Shown: positions 28,835 to 32,000 of the stretch, piece by piece
Layout of the letters: each line of letters opens with the position of its first letter
Position numbering within the stretch: position 1 is the first letter of the stretch
Assembly: GCF_000025125.1 (NCBI RefSeq)
Contig: NC_013771.1
Coordinates: 1,050,001-1,082,000 of the forward strand
Source: Candidatus Atelocyanobacterium thalassa isolate ALOHA
GTDB taxonomy: Bacteria; Cyanobacteriota; Cyanobacteriia; Cyanobacteriales; Microcystaceae
Direction: 5' to 3'
Length of the DNA stretch: 32,000 nucleotides
Notes under the pieces: generated by a model
Databases searched by the model: none
What the model was told of the DNA's origin: nothing
What the model saw: the letters and a program-made list of their open reading frames with translations, nothing else
Translations under genes and position numbers: made by a program

Positions 28835-30421
28835 ATGAGGCAAACTTTTACATGGTTTATCAGTAGCCTAACAACAATTACTATAGTTGCAGCGCCTTGC
28901 TGGAGTCTAGATAAATCAGTAAGAAACTTAGGAATTGACGCTGATTATTTGCATAAGAAACCATATAATTTGACTGGGCAAAAAATTGCTATTGGCCAGG
29001 TAGAAATTGGACGGCCAGGAAAATTTGGCTTCGACAAAATTGTAAACTGGAATCCTAACTTTCAGTTAGCAGGTATTTATTATCAAAATAAAATTGCTAA
29101 AGCAAATAGTAATTTAGATAACCATGCCGCAATGGTCGCAGCTGTCATGATAAGTAAAGATAAAAAATTACGTGGAGTCGCCCCTAACGCTAAATTGTAT
29201 TCGTCAGCTGTAGGAGCTCTAAAAGGTAGTGGACAGCCTCAGGAATGTCTTACTAGTCAACATATAGCGCAACAAAATGGGGGAGATTTACGAGCGATTA
29301 ATTTTAGTTTTGGTGAATCTTTAGAGCAAGATCATCAAAAAGATTACAAATTAGATGGTAGCTCTCTCTTAACACAATGTATTGATTGGTCATCACGAGT
29401 ACATAATACACTATACGTTATTGCTGGTAATCAAGGACAGGGAGGAATACCAATTCCTACAGATCACTACAATGGTATTACTACTGCTTATACAACTAAA
29501 CAAGAAGGTATTTATAAGAAAGTCGATTTTACTAATCTAAGTGCTCTTCCTATAGGTGTTGGACGTAGCTTAATTAAAAGAGAAATTAACTTCGGTAAAA
29601 GAAGAGCAATTAATTTAGTTGCCCCAGGGGGGAAAGTCTCAATTTATGATCTTTCTGGTACTATACAAAACGTTAGTGGAACTAGCTTTGCCGCACCTCA
29701 TATAACGGCATCTGTTGCTTTATTGCAAGAGTTTGGTGATCGTCAATTAAAGTATAAAAAACCTAATTGGAGTCTAGATTCTCGTCGTCATGAAGTTAGT
29801 AAAGCTGTATTATTAAATTCTGCAGATAAATTACAAGATAATGGTGATGGCTATTTGCTGAATATGACGAGAACAATATTCAGCAAATCACACTATAATT
29901 GGTTGCAGTCTGAAGCTTATCATAATCCTGAAATTCCTGTTGATATACAAATGGGTATAGGACAACTCAATGTTTTAAGAGCTTATCAACAATTTAGTGC
30001 TGGACAATGGAAGCCGAATAATCTTGTATCATCTATAGGGTGGGATTACGGCAGTGTTACAAAGAACAATAGTCGAGATTATAGTATTTCAAAGCCTTTA
30101 CACAAAAATACCTATATTTCCATTACTTTGGTGTGGGATCGTTTGACAGAATTAAATGATAAAAATGCAAATCAAAAATATGACTTAGGAGAAAGTTTTA
30201 ACAATAAAGGATTAAATAATCTTGATATTTTTTTAATGCCTACAAAAGCCAATAATATATCTCAGAGTATTTGTTCTTCTGTAAGCCGAGTTGATAATTT
30301 GGAACATATTTTTTGTACTATTCCAAAAACAGACTACTACAAAATACGAGTACAATATACAAAACAAATTAATAGACCATATCAGCCATATGCCCTTGCT
30401 TGGTGGGGCGTATCAGATTAA
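28835..30421 (+). CDS. secreted S8 (subtilisin-like) peptidase family protein
   Basis: Signal peptide, His97 (DNHAAMVAAV), Asn199 (IAGNQG) and Ser284 (GTSFAAPHI) are present. The position expected for the catalytic Asp reads IAIGQVEIG (Glu57). Confidence 0.8.
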   Translation: MRQTFTWFISSLTTITIVAAPCWSLDKSVRNLGIDADYLHKKPYNLTGQKIAIGQVEIGRPGKFGFDKIVNWNPNFQLAGIYYQNKIAKANSNLDNHAAMVAAVMISKDKKLRGVAPNAKLYSSAVGALKGSGQPQECLTSQHIAQQNGGDLRAINFSFGESLEQDHQKDYKLDGSSLLTQCIDWSSRVHNTLYVIAGNQGQGGIPIPTDHYNGITTAYTTKQEGIYKKVDFTNLSALPIGVGRSLIKREINFGKRRAINLVAPGGKVSIYDLSGTIQNVSGTSFAAPHITASVALLQEFGDRQLKYKKPNWSLDSRRHEVSKAVLLNSADKLQDNGDGYLLNMTRTIFSKSHYNWLQSEAYHNPEIPVDIQMGIGQLNVLRAYQQFSAGQWKPNNLVSSIGWDYGSVTKNNSRDYSISKPLHKNTYISITLVWDRLTELNDKNANQKYDLGESFNNKGLNNLDIFLMPTKANNISQSICSSVSRVDNLEHIFCTIPKTDYYKIRVQYTKQINRPYQPYALAWWGVSD

Positions 30422-30531
30422 AAATACGCTATCTATATCAGTTGTGAAAAATCACAAAGATAGTACCGTAGTTGTTAGTAATTAATTATGATAAATTAGT
30501 TACTACTGACTGTAGTTAAGAGAAATAAGTT

Positions 30532-31179
30532 TTGGCAAGAACACGCATTCGTCAACACGTCAACCCATTAAGCATAAAATATACAAAACCTATATCCCTA
30601 CCTGATTGGAATAGAATATATATTAATGCAAACAATCCTTTACACTTAGACATAGGGTGTGCGAGAGGAAAGTTTTTGATAAAAATGGCTCTTCTTTATC
30701 CGGATATTAATTTTTTAGGTATAGAAATCAGAGAAGCTTTAGTTGTAGAGGCTAATGAAAATTGCAATCACCTTCAATTACCTAATTTATATTTTTTATT
30801 TTGTAATATCAATACACATATTGAAGAGTTGCTAAAATCTTTTCATCTAGGAATATTAAATTGTGTTAGTATTCAATTTCCAGATCCTTGGTTTAAACGC
30901 AGTCATCAAAAAAGACGAGTAACGCAAGCTGATTTAGTATGTACAATTAGTAGTAATTTAAGTAGTAATGGACATATTTTTTTACAATCAGATATTCAAT
31001 CAATAACTAACGAAATGAAAGAAGAATTTATGAAAAATTCATCTGTATATGAACATGGCGAAAATGCTGATTTAACGAGTAATTACTTTACTGTTTTGAC
31101 AGAGAGAGAAGCTTCAACACTAAATAAAAACAAATTAGTTTATAGAGCTTTATTACAATCAGCACATGATCACAATTAA
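30532..31179 (+). CDS. trmB: tRNA (guanine46-N7)-methyltransferase
   Basis: TTG start. Carries RIRQHVNPL, the SAM-binding DIGCARG and FPDPWFKRSHQKRR. Confidence 0.88.
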   Translation: MARTRIRQHVNPLSIKYTKPISLPDWNRIYINANNPLHLDIGCARGKFLIKMALLYPDINFLGIEIREALVVEANENCNHLQLPNLYFLFCNINTHIEELLKSFHLGILNCVSIQFPDPWFKRSHQKRRVTQADLVCTISSNLSSNGHIFLQSDIQSITNEMKEEFMKNSSVYEHGENADLTSNYFTVLTEREASTLNKNKLVYRALLQSAHDHN

Positions 31180-31361
31180 AAAAGAAAAATTTTTCAATAT
31201 TATTTATTATGATAATGAAAGTAATATTTATATTTTAAAATTCTTACATCTTCCTTCTTGATTATTCAGTTGGTTAATTATAGTAAATTTAGTTTATAGT
31301 ATCTAAGAATATTAATACTTAGACTTAGTAGTATCTAATCGTAAAGACTAAAACAGTACAA

Positions 31362-31679
31362 GTGGATAAAGATAAATACATTTCGAAACTTTCAAAAGCT
31401 GAACAATTAGAAATAGAACAGAAGAAGAATGTTATTCTTCTAGTAGAAAACTTAATGGAACGAGAAGAAATAACAATTAAGATGATAATTGATTGTCTCT
31501 ATGATTCTGGTTCTGAAAATTTTGTTGATAAAAAATTTCAACTACGTTCTGTAAATAAAACATTAAAAATTATAGCTAGACTTTCTAAGCCAAGCTTTAG
31601 GAGGATAGCCTTTTATTGGGGTAAAAAAATAGCACCTGAATTAATTACTGATTGGCTATTACAAAAAATAAGATTTTAA
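31362..31679 (+). CDS. hypothetical protein (105 aa)
   Basis: GTG-initiated ORF with a charged helical N-terminus. I recognise no family, and support comes only from ORF length and position between genes. Confidence 0.35.
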   Translation: MDKDKYISKLSKAEQLEIEQKKNVILLVENLMEREEITIKMIIDCLYDSGSENFVDKKFQLRSVNKTLKIIARLSKPSFRRIAFYWGKKIAPELITDWLLQKIRF

Positions 31680-32000
31680 TATTAATTTGTATCTATTTCA
31701 TATTGGCCTATTTTGTTTGGACAGTATATGCAACATATATATAAATGTTAGAGTAATAATTCTCAGAAAAGATAAAAATAATTATGATAAGGTAAGGAAC
31801 TATTAAAACACCTCTAACTTATTCAGTCTTTTTATAAATATCTTATAAGATATAAATAGGATACTTGAAATCTGTTAACCACAAGACATCTAGTCACAGT
31901 ATTGTACTAGAACTCTAAAAAAAATGAATTCTACTTTTTCTTTATTTGCATTCACTTTCATACTGACTAGCCAAAATTTAACACTGCTAGGTGAAGATAC

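Noticed and set aside
31186-31197. GAAAAATTTTTC palindrome after trmB, and a split 6+6-bp hairpin after the S8 peptidase gene (about 30430-30465).
   Set aside because: The stems are too short or AT-rich, or interrupted, to call terminators with any confidence.
1-32000. Search for CRISPR arrays, IS elements, integrases, phage genes, toxin-antitoxin or known defence modules.
   Set aside because: None was found. The only tandem repeats (17-bp and 40-bp) have no spacers, and no ORF resembles a transposase, recombinase or Cas protein.

Overview
AT-rich chromosomal window (by eye roughly 30-35% GC) from a cyanobacterium. The assignment rests on ndhD, a CRR6-family NDH assembly factor, rpaB/ycf27-type regulator, hemA, hemJ, a PlmA-type GntR regulator and shc. 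It holds about 27 protein genes and one tRNA-Cys, almost all housekeeping: envelope (uppP, lptA-like/lptB/lptFG, gatD-like, plsC), translation (gltX, trmB), tetrapyrrole (hemA, hemJ), sulfur (cysH), folate (folK), DNA repair (radA), plus orphan ABC/ECF components and an RND pump. I saw no transposases, integrases, CRISPR arrays, toxin-antitoxin pairs or recognisable defence genes, and no full HIP1 (GCGATCGC) site by eye. Low GC, long ORF-free AT-rich spacers and signs of gene erosion fit a reduced-genome cyanobacterium such as a UCYN-A or spheroid-body-like symbiont. That taxonomic guess is inference only. I did not find a convincing discrete multi-gene novel system. The observations most worth a second look are: (1) a perfect 40-bp tandem duplication that frameshifts the ancestral 5' end of cysH; (2) an AcrB-type RND transporter of only 885 aa that appears to lack both periplasmic docking subdomains, has no membrane-fusion partner nearby, and sits next to a small secreted cysteine-containing orphan protein; (3) a perfect 17-bp x 5.3 tandem repeat fused to the ndhD stop codon and followed by a 20-bp hairpin; (4) an S8 peptidase with Glu where the catalytic Asp is expected; (5) a gatD-like amidotransferase attached to the lpt operon without murT.
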